A stretch of 63,427 nucleotides of DNA, counting the filler, from Conidiobolus incongruus B7586 (lineage: Eukaryota), in the NCBI GenBank assembly GCA_000697335.1. It is 4 parts of 4 records of this genome, joined end to end, with 100 filler letters (N's around TTAATTAATTAA, not from the genome) between each part and the next. Parts side by side here need not be neighbours in the genome. Positions count along the whole stretch, not along the records: positions 2,114 to 29,251 come from JNEM01006627.1; positions 29,352 to 52,063 come from JNEM01006628.1; 2 more parts are not named here. One strand, 5' to 3'. Under the pieces are notes generated by a model. The model saw nothing but the letters and a program-made list of their open reading frames with translations, had not been told where the DNA came from and searched no databases. Position 1 is the stretch's first letter. Each line of letters opens with the position of its first letter. The position numbers and the translations under genes were made by a program. Positions 27,941 to 41,568 of the stretch are shown piece by piece.

Positions 27941-29251
27941 CCGATCTCGTTGGATTGGTCATTCCCAGTTCCAAGCCTTCCATGAGCTACTTTAAAGGCA
28001 AATTTTGGGCTTTGCCTAGTGAAATTGTACTCGGTGGTCAATGAACAATGCCCTATTTCATTGCTCTGCTCTCTTCCCTTCTTATTATACAAATATTATT
28101 CAATTGGTCATGTTTAGATTAGGATACGTCAATTAATATTATATTTAAATCTTTCAATAAAGTTTGAATTAAAAATATTGAACAATAAATTGAGCTTTTA
28201 ATCATAAACGTTTAAATCATAAACACTAACTTTTGAAAAATTCATCAAAGTCCCAAATTTATCAAGTAATCAGTTTAATTCACCAATCAAATTCAATCAA
28301 ATTGAAAACTTAAAAGGTAAAATAACTTGATTTTAAACAACCAATCATTTATTAGCATTAAGGTAAAAGTAGATATTTGATTTAATCGATGAAGTATGGT
28401 GAGGTCAATGAAATGTAAGTATTAGAATTATGCTTATCTATTAGTATTAATAATTATTATACTTAGATTAATAGATTGCTCTGACTTAGAGATGAGTGGT
28501 AACAAAGTATATGTAATATATAAATTGGATTGAATTCTCAATATTTTTTATTCAAAGCACCTCAATAATTTGAATCAGTTAAATGTTGCATGGTGAGAAT
28601 ATTTATAATTTGTTAATATTACCTATATCTCTTGACATGTGTGTTGGAAAAAGGGGTAGCCAATGTTATTTCTAGCCAAAACTGATGACGAATTTATAAC
28701 CTAAGTCCCACCAATTTGAGGTAACATATAGATGATATGTTATTATTTCAGTTAATAATCAACATGATGACTTGTAATTATTTATTACCACTATAGTTTG
28801 AATCATTTAATTAATTTAAACTTATTTTATATAATATTTAATTAATAATTATTTTTTCAATAATAACTGGATAATATTTTATTATGAATTTTATTAAAAA
28901 TTTTATTATTTTGAGAAAAAAAATATTCTTTACTAGAAACCTGAAAGAAATAGCACCAACAGCCATAATATATATATATATATGTAAATATATTAAAGGT
29001 TATTACTCTTGGATTATTATTAAAATTAAGAATAAAGTTAATATTTTAAGATTATAAAATTATTTTAGTAAAACCTACTGTTATATAGTATTTTATTATT
29101 AATTATCTAAATATTATGATGATATTAAATAATATATTCGATGATATATATATTAATAATTCTTTTATATTAATATATATAGTTAATATTTAATAAATTC
29201 TATATTTTTAAAAATAAAATATTAAATAAATAAGTATAATAAATAATATTA

Positions 29252-29351
29252 NNNNNNNNNNNNNNNNNNNNNNNNNNNNNNNNNNNNNNNNNNNNTTAAT
29301 TAATTAANNNNNNNNNNNNNNNNNNNNNNNNNNNNNNNNNNNNNNNNNNNN
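29252..29351. other. Assembly gap with artificial spacer
   Basis: N-run/TTAATTAATTAA/N-run. Confidence 0.97.
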
Positions 29352-29474
29352 TAATATCATTTTACCTCAAATTTCAAATTAAAATTACTATATAGAAATA
29401 TAAGATTCATTAATCTCTTATATATTTAATACTTTAACTGATTTATTATATATAATATACATAGCTTATAAGAC

Positions 29475-29507
<33 letters not shown>

Positions 29508-32500
29508 CATCTATTAAAATTAAATTCGTATTATTTAGTATTTGAAAATTTATGGTTATAATAGAAAGAAAATAAAGTTTCTATTTACCTAGTTAAGGCT
29601 AATATATAAAAAATAGTCAAATGATTATTTATTAAATTAATCTATTGTCATTTTTTAATAACAAATTGAATTAAATTAAGGATATAATTATTTATATTAG
29701 TTTTGTGTTATCTATTAAATATTTTAATAATTAATTATTAGTTAACTTTGCTAAGTATCTAATTATTAAGTTTTATCAAATTTAATAAATATTAACTATT
29801 TTATCTTAAGAAAAAATATTAAAAAAATGATAATAAAATGGATTTATGTAATTTTTCTACATCAATTATAAAAAATATAAAAAAGTCAGTAAGGTTATTA
29901 TAATTATATTAAATCGGAAAATATGGTGTATTTATTTTCAATTGCTATTACCTTATTATTAGGTCAAAATTATAAAATTTATTTAATAATATTTTTGTTT
30001 GATATTGAGCTTATTATATTCTATTAATTTATAATATATGAAAAATTTTATACCAAACTTTATAGGTAGTAAATAATATGATTTTATAGACAAAAATCAA
30101 ATTAAAAGAACTTTATTAATATAATATATAAAAATAGTATAAAATATAACTTAATAAGATTATTTATCACTTTACTAACTCACAATAATTTATTTTTTTA
30201 ACTTTTATAAATTAAAATAATATTGTAAATGCCCAAACTGCCTGCTAATTAATCAATTAAAACTAGCAATATCGTTTATATATATAGTATTGATTTCCAG
30301 AAACTTATAAAAATAGATAATTAGTTAATTAATAAAAATATGGTGTTATATTGTAAATCACTTTTTTGCTCTAATAAATTTTGGATATTAAAATCAATAC
30401 ATTAAATAAACCTATTAATTTATATTTGCATAAGTTTAAAATATATTATATATTTGACTTTTAAGTTTAAGGTTTTATAATTCTTAAATTTGAGATTAAT
30501 TAATATAAAATTTTTATAAGTCTAAATTTTAATTTATTATATATAATTCAAAAATCATTAATATTTATTCTCTATTCATTTTATAAAAGATATTAATATA
30601 GTGAATGAATAATAAATATTAATAATACCAATAGATTAATAATTGTATAAGAGTTTAATTTATAATCAAAATCAGTTAAAAAAATTAACAGATTATTTTA
30701 TAAAAAGTAAAATAATATACTTGATAAAAATTACTAATTCTATTTATAATTTATTTATTTAGGTTTTATTTTTTTGAAAAACTACTTGATTATATATATA
30801 TATATATAATTTTGAATATATTAGGAAAAAGTTATTATAACAAACTATACCTAGTCCTAATAAATCCACTTTAAAGTTAAAAACAATTATATATCCTTAA
30901 AGATCTATTTATTTGGTTATTCAAGCATGAAATTATAATTCTATTCAAGAATAAATTAATAGTTTATATAACTAACGAAAGATTGAATATAGTAGAGAAA
31001 GTAAGTTAGATAAGTTAAATACAAAATTAATCACTTAAAATTGTTATAATATTATAAATTTATAAAGTAATAAAGGTTGGTTATTATTTAAATAATAATA
31101 GTTTAACTAAGATATGAAACCAGTAATTTAATTAAAATATCATATTTTAGAAGGATTTTGCTATGATTATTATTTATTATTTAATTGAAACAAATAAACT
31201 ATATATAAAAGTAGCAATGAGTGAATTAACTATGGTAATGATTATGCCAATATAGATTGATTTTATCAATAAATTCTTTTACGCTAGCAATAATATTCCA
31301 TTGAATTTAAGTCCAAAATTATATAATTTAAGAAGTATTGAACTATACTGTACACCTTAATGGTACAAAGTAAACGAGTAGGTTATTGGGCAATTTCATT
31401 GTTATTGTTGTTGGGACTTATATGATGGTTTAGCTTGTTTTTGTGAGTCAATGTTTTTAATATAAAATGTGATAAAATAATTCAATCAACAATAACTTGT
31501 CAATTTGCTTTAAAAATGGTTTAAAATTTGATCTCAAATAATAATTGAGAATTTGGTATTAAAAAATCATTGAATTAGATTTTGGATTTTTTAACCCAAT
31601 TATTTTTTTTGAATAGTTTTTTCAAATATTTAATATTTGAAAGAATTGACAATATTAATGCTTATTCTAATATAATAATAGTAAAAAATCAGACTGGATG
31701 ATAGTATGGCAAATTTGAAATTAATAGAAGATTATTTTCAAAAAAACAATATAATTAATTGTTCATTTATTTTCTTTAGAATTATTACAAATATTTTAAA
31801 TTATTTCACCTAAAATCAGAACCTACTATAGTATAAATAGTAATCAAAAGCAAATGATATTAAGTAAGCATAATATATTTACAAAGATTTAATTATTATT
31901 TATTTTATATTAATATTGAATTATTTTAATTAACCTTATTATTAAATTATAACAAGATAATTTAAACTAAATTAAAATCCTTAATTTAATTCTAATATTT
32001 AGGGAATAGAATAGACAACACTATTATATTTGATATATTTATTGTTAATGACCTGGATCTTAAATTTCAAATTATATTTTAAATTATCTCATAATATGTA
32101 TATAAATAGGTATTGTATTTTTAAAATTTTATCTTAAATTTGGTTTTATAAATTAAACTATTTTAAAAAGAATGATTATTTTATAATTTGTCTCCAGAGT
32201 TTTATTATTGTCTCCTAGTCACTTTTAATTATTATTCTCTTTTAAAACTTGAATTTATTTATATTAATATTCTATAATTACTTATATTATTAATTACTCT
32301 ATATTATATTTAATTATCTACTAAAATAACTAATTTATTGATTTTGACACTTAAATCTAGCAGTGCTTTGTTAATTTTAATTGATAGAAAAATAAAACTA
32401 GGATAAGATAAATTAACTTAACTACCGACTCAGAAAATTTAAATTAAAAAAATTAAAGTTGAATACAGATATTAAAAGACATATACCAATTTATAGCAAA

Positions 32501-35174
32501 TATATTTTAATTAATTTAAAGTTTTTCAGGAGAATTAGCTTAGTATATAATATTAAATTCCAAGTATTAAATAAAAAATATATATTATACCAAAGATCAA
32601 AAAAATTTAAATTTAAAAAGGAAAATAAAATTCAATATATTATAAATTGATAATTAAAATTAATCTATTTATCAATATTAAGACTATTATTACACCACAT
32701 CTGTTTATATTTTATATTGTTTTATTTATCACTAAAATAGGATAATTTAATTTTATATCATATTCACTTTAATATAATTTATTATATTTACTAGAAAAAG
32801 TGAGCTGAATATTTAAAATATTACGTAATAAAAATCAAAAAATGAATTGATAGACTAAAGTTTAGCTATTAGTTAATAAACGAATCATTCAATTACTAGT
32901 TTTTTTATATAAGAATAATAAATATAATTAATTTGAATAATAAATAGTTTTCGATATTATTCCAAATTTATACAATTATGGTAATAATTTAATTAAAAAA
33001 TTTTTTTAATATTATAATTTAGTTAAAATTAATTTTAAAAAAATTAAATTATTTATAATATATTAAAAATAATTTTTCAACTATTATATTATATTCAATT
33101 TTTATTTATTTATATAGAATAAATATTATATATGAAAAAAAAATAACTTGAATTTAAAATATTAAATTTATTTTTATAAAGTTAATAAAAAAATTAAATT
33201 AATAGTTGTTTCAAAACTCTTTAAAATAATAAAATATATATAGTATATATTATACATAACTGGAATATTTATATATTTGATGTCTTAAGTAGTTAAGCGA
33301 TAAAATGATTAGTGATGTTAGTAATTAAGTACAAAAGAATAAAATTGACCAATTTTATTAATTAATTAATTACTATTATTAATAGCAACTTTAATTATTA
33401 TAATTTATTAGATATAAATTAAAATTTAATTTTATAAATTACTTAATATTAAATATATATAAATTGATTTATATTATAAAATTCAAAATTTTAATATTTT
33501 TGAAATTAATTTAAAGGTTTGATTAAAAAAACTTTTAAATATAAGAATTGTGACTTTATAATAAGTTTTAATATATTGAATACATTTTATTATATTTAAA
33601 TTTTTTGGATTTCTCTTTTATTTCTTATTATTAATTAAATATTAATTAAGAATATAATAGAGTTATATCTTACTCTAATTATAATTGATTTCATTTAATA
33701 TATATATATATATTTAAAACTTTTCTAGTTAATATTTCTGTTTTTAAAATCAAACACATAAAAATTCATATTAAAATAATAATATTATATTGCCATTATG
33801 ACCTGTCAAAGGTTTATTTTTTGCTTAGTCTATGGTTATAATATTGTTTTTTAAATAACAAATTAGATTTATAGAAAAATATTATAAATTTTTTTCAATT
33901 TTATTTGTTATTAACAAGTTTTTCAAATAACTTATTATTTTTATACATTTAATATAAATATCTATGATAATATATTCTATTAAGTTTATTTTATATGGTA
34001 AATTCATTTGAAACTAAAAAGGATAAATTTAATATTTTAATAAATTATTTAATTTTAATTGATATTAAAAAAGTCAATTATAATTTTAATTAAGTCTTCT
34101 AATATTAATTTTTTCTATTACATTTTGTTATATAATTCATTTATTAAACTGTTATTGCCAAAGGTTTCCATTTTTAATCAAGATAATTATAATAATTTTA
34201 AAAATTGATATATGGAATATTTATAAAAAAAATCTATATAGTTTATGTCCTTATATTTAAATTATTAATTAATATTATTTAAATGAATTATACCTTAGAA
34301 AATAATGAAAAGATTCAATATAACTCAAATTAATTTTATAATTATAATATTATTTTCAAATTTTTAATTATCAAATTAAACTCAGAAATGGAAATTAGTT
34401 AATTTTATTATTAACTAAGTATTCGATGATAAATTATTGTTTTTTCTAATTTATGGTAATTATTAATAGATGTTAAATGATACCTGTGCAGATTTATCTA
34501 ATCTATCAGTATAATTGATTCAAAGTTTATAAATGTAAAAAATAATAAATATATTTACTATATCAAGTAAGATGTCAATTTTTTAATTATCTTAAAAGTG
34601 GTCTCAATAAATATGAATAATTCATTATAAATAGTGATTGAAGCTATTTTATCCTTTTTATTGAGAGATTAGTTTTAGTACATAATTTTAGCTGAATATT
34701 TAATTATTTAAGTTTGATTTAAAATTTTGAAATTTTTGAAAAAAGTTATACTGTCAAATGAAAGAAAAATGATAAAATAGTTTTAGATTTTATCTATTAG
34801 TTAATTGATTGATGATAAAAAATTAAAATTAAAAAATATTTAATATATTAATATTAAGTAATATCAAAATTTAATGGGATGATGTAATTTATTTTTCAGA
34901 AATATATCCATAATTAGTTAATTTAATGAATTTACTTAAATAATAACCTGATTTAAACTGTTGATTCAGATTATCATCATTCAATAAAATATAAATCAAT
35001 CATTAATTTAGATGAATTAAAATATGTTTTAAAAATTACACTTGATTGAAATCATATTCACTATTTCCCTTAAATTTGTATATTAAATTATATAGTAACA
35101 GTTATTTTAAATAATATTCATAGTCAGAGTAACAGTTGGTTTGTTTTATATAAAGTATAAGTTATTTTTTAAAA

Positions 35175-36737
35175 ATGCTTATATTTAATTATTTTTATTT
35201 AATTTTATTAGAGTTTAATTTAGCTGAATGGAATTTTAATTTTCTAAGCAATTGGTTTAATAATAATAATTATAATAATAATAAATTGTCAATTCCAAAA
35301 GAACAAGTAGTCAAACAGCCAAAAGTGAACTATGGTATCATTATAGATTCCGGAAGTACTCAAACCCGTTTATATGTTTACGAATGGAAGGGTCCTTCCA
35401 ATGCTACCGACTCTCCATACATTAATCCAATGATGAAACACGGTTACCAAGTGAGATTCGTGAAAGACGGTGGTTTAAATGAAGTACCTATTAAAGAAAT
35501 ATCGAATTATATGCAAGGTATTTGCTATAATATATATATGGAAGTATAATAGTATTAACATAGTATAGACCTGATAGATAGTGCTTTAGGAGTTATTCCA
35601 GCTGATAGCCAAGAAGAAACACCCTTATTTTTAATGGGAACTGGTGGTATCCGTGTCCTACCACCTGACCAAGCTCATGAAATCACAACTAAGCTTAAGG
35701 ATTATCTCAGTAAAAAGGTCAACTCTCCTTTCAAATTCGATCAAGATTTTGGGGTGCAGGTCTTGCCAGGAGAATTTGAAGGTGCTTTTGACTGGCTTGC
35801 GGTCAACTATGTATTTGGTAGCTTACACAAGAATTCGGCTAAGGATACTGTTGTCTCCCTGGATATGGGAGGTGCGTCTGTTGAATTGACTTTTGAACCT
35901 AGCAATCGAATTAAGGATGGTGCTTTCCCTCTGAGAGTGAATGGTACTGACAGAATACTTTACACAAAGTCATTTTTAAGATTTGGCAGAAATCAAGCTC
36001 TCTTAAGGCATCGTATTAACTTAGTAAATGAAGTGTTTAACGAAGATCCTGATCTAAAACGCGAATGTGCCAAGTGCAAACCTCTCGAAGTAACTGATCC
36101 TTGCTTCCCACTTGGATATGTCCAGAGAATGTATAAACCTCATTTCAAACGCCAAATTAGATTCGTTGGCTCAGGTGACTACCCCTTATGTAATATCTAT
36201 ACCAAAAAGCTCTTAAAACTCACACAATATTGCCCTGCCGAACCATGTTCTCTTAATGGTGCATATCAACCTTCTATCCCCGAAGGTCGACCCATCTTTG
36301 CACTCGATACGTTTGCCAAAACCGCAGAATACTTCAAATGTGCACCAGTCAGTACCTCCAATTGTATCGACGTAAAAGCCCACGAATTTTGTCAAAATTC
36401 AATGGTGCAGCAATTTGAGAATGATAAAACGCATTACCCCCACAACTTGCATCCTCTCAAACAGCAGCACCTAGCTGCACCTACCGTTGCCGTAGATCCT
36501 ATTACTGGTCTGAGCGATAGCTTCGAATACAATCGATGCTTCTTGGCGTCATACATCGTAAATATGCTTCAAAATGGATTCAGAATTGATCCAATGAGAG
36601 AAATCCACTTTGGGGACTTCTACAATGGTACTAGTATTGGTTACACTTTGGGTGCAATGATATATGAATTAGAAAGATACTCTTTTACGCATGGTGTATG
36701 TCCCGATCAACCAAATGAAGGTTTATTGAGAAACTGA
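35175..36737 (+). CDS. GDA1/CD39 family nucleoside phosphatase (apyrase/NTPDase)
   Basis: ACR1 IIIDSGSTQTRLYVY, ACR2 MGTGGIR, ACR3 GEFEG, ACR4 LDMGGAS, ACR5 GYTLG. Intron at ~35518-35568. The true start is uncertain and an upstream exon is possible. Confidence 0.9.
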
Positions 36738-36983
36738 TATCGTTGTTAATAAAATTGTGTAATTTTTTAATAGAATAAATTAAATTATTCCAAAATAACC
36801 AGTTCATTAAAATATTTATTAATTCTTATCAGTTTAAAAAATTTCAATTGACACCTTAATTATTCATTATTTTTAAAAAAAAATTGATAAAAAAATATGT
36901 AAAAAAGAATCATGTAATTTATTAATCAAGATTAAAATACATTATAAATAAATAGTATCAAATGACAAAATATATTATTTAAA

Positions 36984-39900
36984 TTAATTTAGAACCTGAA
37001 AAGTGTATCGTAGTAGCTCGTGGGGATTTTCAGCTGATTTGAGGAGTGGATTATCTAATAGCTTCAAGATCTGATCTACATCATATTGATCAAGCAATTC
37101 TGCCATTTGATATATAGTATTCAGATAAGAATGGGGTAAGTGTTTCAACTGGTCTGGGAATAAATTTAAATCAAATTTAACTTCAGACAAACTCGGTGGC
37201 TCAGTTATTGGATCGTAACTAGGTTTTGCAAGTTGATTATTTGAAATAGCTTCAGCAGTTAATTTGGGATGTGAAATTTGGTCAGCTAGCTCTTCTTCAT
37301 TGGATGTCAATCTGATGGAAAATACATCAATTTTACTTTCTTCAATTAATTGTTTGTTTTGCTTGATCCAAACATTCAATTGTTCACACTTATTTACAAG
37401 TTTCAAATCCAATATCTTAGAAAATGTATTAATTTCAAAGCGAAGTCCCAAGGCCAAGGATACCATATAAGGATCTGATTTACGATAACAGAATGATGTT
37501 TGTTTGTACAAATCACTGAATTTTTCTGACAATTCGGATGGGGAAATAATCTTGTTTTTGGAAAGTTCTTCCTTGATATCTTGAAGACCAAATGGTTGTG
37601 GCCCCTCATAAGGTTCAGTGAAATGTGATGGCTTTGGTGCAGTGAGTAATGCTGAAATGTGCTTACGTTTCATCATTGAATCCAGAAGATCAATTGCTTC
37701 TTGACGGAAAAATCTGAATGCTCGAACAAGATCGGGGTCAGGATATGCATTAGAAGTTTTTGTAGGTACTTCAGATTTGGCGGAAATTTCGGGGAGAATA
37801 TTTGCAGCAGGTTTTGCCTTTTCGGAATGGCTCAAATGTTTAAATGAAGAGCCTAAAAACTCAATTCGTTGCTTCAACGTTGGTTTGTCATAGGTTACAG
37901 TACGGATATCTGAAGCATTCAAATAGTCAACAAGGATTTGGCAATCGCTTACAGATCCTGTTATTAGCATGAAAATATGTGATCGATGAGTTGGTTGAGA
38001 AAGTGCATTAGTAATTAAATTCATGAAAGGGCCAACTTCTTCAACCCATGTGGGACCACATGGGATGTAAATGACAGATGTGGTATAAGTAGTAGAATTA
38101 GTAGGAATAATCTCCAATTTGCGAGCGAGAGCGAAGTCTAAGGAAAAAGTTGAACTTTGAAGTGATGGTAAATCTAAGCTGACTACCTGATTCACTCCCA
38201 TACCTTGCAAGATTGCAGATTCCAATGCAGACATAGCGGGACCAGGATCTCCTTGAAGCCACAAAGTAGGAGGTGGGCGGCGGATATCTGGGGTTTTTTG
38301 GATCATGTTCAAGCGATAATGGAAGAAGTCCATAGCATTTTGGTAGCACTTGCCGAGTAAAGGTACAATAGAGCGAGGTAATGGTGCCGGTTGACTAGGA
38401 AGTGATCGATACGAAGAAGGATTGCATTTCAATATGGCTTCATCCCAATCCTCTTTTAATAGGTACACTTCTACATTATTATTAGCAATATCCAAGTTCT
38501 TGCCTCTTACAATGTCAGGAAAAGTGCGATCAATAGCACACTGTTTAGCAACATTACATAGCTTAGTAATATCGGCCCCACTGTATCCTGAAAGCCGAGT
38601 AGCTACTTCACGGAGCATTTCCGGATCGGGAGGATGAGCCATGTTTGATGTGGAAAGGGTGATAATAGCAAGTCGTGCTTCAAGGTCTGGTAGTTGGAAT
38701 TCGAGTTCATGGTCGAATCGACCAGGTCGACGAAGTGCAGGATCAAGATTAGAAAGATGATTAGTAGTTCCAATAACCGTCACTCTACTCGTAGAATGCA
38801 ATCCATCCATCAAAGTCAATAACGAAGATAAAATACCTTTATTTTTGGCACTAGTGTTATCCGATCTATCCTGAGCCAAACCGTCGATTTCATCCAGTAA
38901 AATAATTGAAGGACTCCATATTTGAGCCTGTCTGAATAAATCCCTAAGCATTTGCTCAGTTTGACCAACCCATTTACTCAATAAATCACTGGCTTTGATA
39001 TAAAAGAAAGCTGTGGGATTATAAGGAAAGCACATTTCAACTACAGCTCTCGCAAGGAGGGTTTTACCAGTACCAGGAGGTCCATGGAATAAAAAGCCAT
39101 TACTAGGAACAATTGGATCATCCTTGGTTTCGTCTAGAAAAGGAAATACAAGATGATTGAACATAATATCTAAATGACCTCGAAGTCCACCAATTTGAGA
39201 AGGGTGAACTGGTTTAAAATCGGATGGTGCTCTTGAAGGCAATTTGACTTTGTAAGCAACAAAAGAGCGATGTTCAAGGATTTGGGCCCAATTCTCAGGT
39301 GCAATAGGAGGAGCCTGATCCGAAAAGGGGTTTCTACGTCTAGATTTACTTTGAGTTACCACTTTTTCAAAAAATAATGGAAGTTTTTTTATAGTATGGG
39401 ATTTCAGACCATGTTGTGTAATATAATCAGGATGTTTATTATATGGATTTTTGCAAGATCCGGGTGGCAGAGTATTTTTATAAGGTTTACGTCGACACAC
39501 TTCCATTGCACTGAAAAAATATGAGTTTAAATTGGGACCCTTATAATCATCAGGAATTAAATCGCTATAAATTTTCTTTGGTTGTTTTGATTGATTTTTT
39601 GGTTTATCAATATGGTATATGGAATTTTGGACAGTATCATTTTGGATATCATTATCAGTTAGTTCTGGAACTTCTTCGTTAAGCTCGCTCTGTTTTTGTT
39701 TGTTGCCATCATCACCAAACTCATCATCAGAGTCTTGAATAATATTATTTCTTCTTCGAGTATTCCTGATTGGAGTGTCTGAGCTTCTCCTTGATGAATT
39801 ATTACTCTTCTTATTAGGTTTATCATCTATCTCATCACCAAATTCATTTGTAAAAAGAACTTCTTCGTTATAAGTTGGTCTTTTTAAAGTTCGTCTAGTT

Positions 39901-40109
39901 TGTCTGCGGTTATTGCTATCTTCATTCGATTCATTATTTGCAAAATCATCCCCAGAATCTAAGTCATCACTTTTAGAAAATGATGCGTTACGTCGCTTCC
40001 TTCCTGATGCTCGAACTTCAGGCTCTATTTCTGGAAATGTTTCAGCGTAATGAGGATTACTATTTCTTGTAGATCTCTTTGAATAACGATTTCCAGAATT
40101 TCCTGACAT
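36984..40109 (-). CDS. Yta7/ATAD2-like AAA+ ATPase with degenerate second AAA and bromodomain-like region
   Basis: Walker A FHGPPGTGKT, SKWVG pore loop, Walker B ILLDEIDGLA, LDPALRRPGRFD. Acidic/basic disordered N-terminus. PFGLQDIKEELSKNKIISPSEL resembles a bromodomain. Single 1041-codon ORF. Confidence 0.85.
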   Translation of the reverse strand: MSGNSGNRYSKRSTRNSNPHYAETFPEIEPEVRASGRKRRNASFSKSDDLDSGDDFANNESNEDSNNRRQTRRTLKRPTYNEEVLFTNEFGDEIDDKPNKKSNNSSRRSSDTPIRNTRRRNNIIQDSDDEFGDDGNKQKQSELNEEVPELTDNDIQNDTVQNSIYHIDKPKNQSKQPKKIYSDLIPDDYKGPNLNSYFFSAMEVCRRKPYKNTLPPGSCKNPYNKHPDYITQHGLKSHTIKKLPLFFEKVVTQSKSRRRNPFSDQAPPIAPENWAQILEHRSFVAYKVKLPSRAPSDFKPVHPSQIGGLRGHLDIMFNHLVFPFLDETKDDPIVPSNGFLFHGPPGTGKTLLARAVVEMCFPYNPTAFFYIKASDLLSKWVGQTEQMLRDLFRQAQIWSPSIILLDEIDGLAQDRSDNTSAKNKGILSSLLTLMDGLHSTSRVTVIGTTNHLSNLDPALRRPGRFDHELEFQLPDLEARLAIITLSTSNMAHPPDPEMLREVATRLSGYSGADITKLCNVAKQCAIDRTFPDIVRGKNLDIANNNVEVYLLKEDWDEAILKCNPSSYRSLPSQPAPLPRSIVPLLGKCYQNAMDFFHYRLNMIQKTPDIRRPPPTLWLQGDPGPAMSALESAILQGMGVNQVVSLDLPSLQSSTFSLDFALARKLEIIPTNSTTYTTSVIYIPCGPTWVEEVGPFMNLITNALSQPTHRSHIFMLITGSVSDCQILVDYLNASDIRTVTYDKPTLKQRIEFLGSSFKHLSHSEKAKPAANILPEISAKSEVPTKTSNAYPDPDLVRAFRFFRQEAIDLLDSMMKRKHISALLTAPKPSHFTEPYEGPQPFGLQDIKEELSKNKIISPSELSEKFSDLYKQTSFCYRKSDPYMVSLALGLRFEINTFSKILDLKLVNKCEQLNVWIKQNKQLIEESKIDVFSIRLTSNEEELADQISHPKLTAEAISNNQLAKPSYDPITEPPSLSEVKFDLNLFPDQLKHLPHSYLNTIYQMAELLDQYDVDQILKLLDNPLLKSAENPHELLRYTFQVLN

Positions 40110-41568
40110 TATGATAAATAATAAGTTTTATAAAATCTATTTATAAATTAATTTTATCAAAGATGATCAATTAAAGTTAATATTATATTTTATTCAGGTA
40201 ATTAAGATTTGAAAAATTTAAGTCATTCATATATTAACACTTATTTTTTGAATAAACTATAAATAATCAAGTGTTTTCGTTTGATTATTATGGGATAATA
40301 ATAACTGTATTTTCCCAATTCTCATTCAATTTGAACATTTTCATAAATTTCATCGAATAATGATATAATAAATACATTGAACTTTAAACATATAAAAAAT
40401 TGATTATTAATGAATTATATTTAGTATATGTGACCAACTACCTCACTAACAATAAAAGTCAGTTACTATTTAACTTTTCAAATTTTATTAAATATTAACA
40501 GAATTTTATTTTCAAACTGATACCTCTTTGTTACTTAATGTCACTCAAAATTTCTCAAAAACTGATTCTTGAACAATTAAAATTGGTTTTGTAAAATGTG
40601 GTTGAATGATAAATATTTAGGTGACTTGTTCAGTAAATTACAAATCAAACTTTATTAAGCCAAGGAAAATTTAAAAAACGGTAATAGCTAAAGAATAGAT
40701 AATTTTAGTATTTAGCCATGACTCTTTTAGTTAGTATGATTTTCTCTTTAATATTACGAAAGCCTCCTTAATTTCCTATGATTCAAACCAATATTTAATT
40801 CACATATGACTTTTAGTTGTATTATTGAAATTTACTGCTTTTAGAGCATTTAAAATTAAACACATGTCCAAATCATAATTAGAAATTAATTATAATTCAT
40901 ATCCATATTAAATTATATTTAGATAAATATGCATATATTTTTGTGTAATCAGTTTAAAAGGGATAACAGGTTTGGAATTTATCCAATAAATAAACTATAA
41001 TTGTTAATTTTATAAAAATTGTGTCAGGAGAACATTTTGAAAACTTAATATTTGGAGTAAAAAATCATAAAAAACAGTTAGATTAGAGAAAAAGGGGCTA
41101 ACTATAATTTATTGTGAAAATATCAAGTAATACAATGTTTGGGGTTAATAAAGTATAGTTTGGATGAGTGCAATTGATGATCAGTAAAATAGAACTGATT
41201 ATTATATGCAAGTAAATCCAAATAGTAAGGGATAGTGTTGTAATTATGGCGATAAAGGATTTGGTAACTGTGTAGTTTAAATGAGATACGAATAACATGT
41301 GGAAATGACCAGAGCATAGGTGAGCTAAAGTAGATGAAACGATTGAGATTAAGACATGATTAGAAAAATATTTACGAAGTGGAGAGGTTAATTGAGTTTA
41401 CAAATAAGCTAACATAGTAAATAATATAATATATAATTATGACATAAGCGCGATAGAATGTGAATTTGGTAATTTTGTAATTGCGTATTTGAGCAAGCTC
41501 GCATGAAAAGAGGGGATAGAAAACATCAGTCTTGGGAAATGAGAAATAATATGAACAGAAATAAGAAT

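Noticed and set aside
28678..28700. CTGATGACGAA resembling a hammerhead ribozyme core
   Set aside because: No stem II, GAAT instead of GAAA, and no flanking stems I or III.
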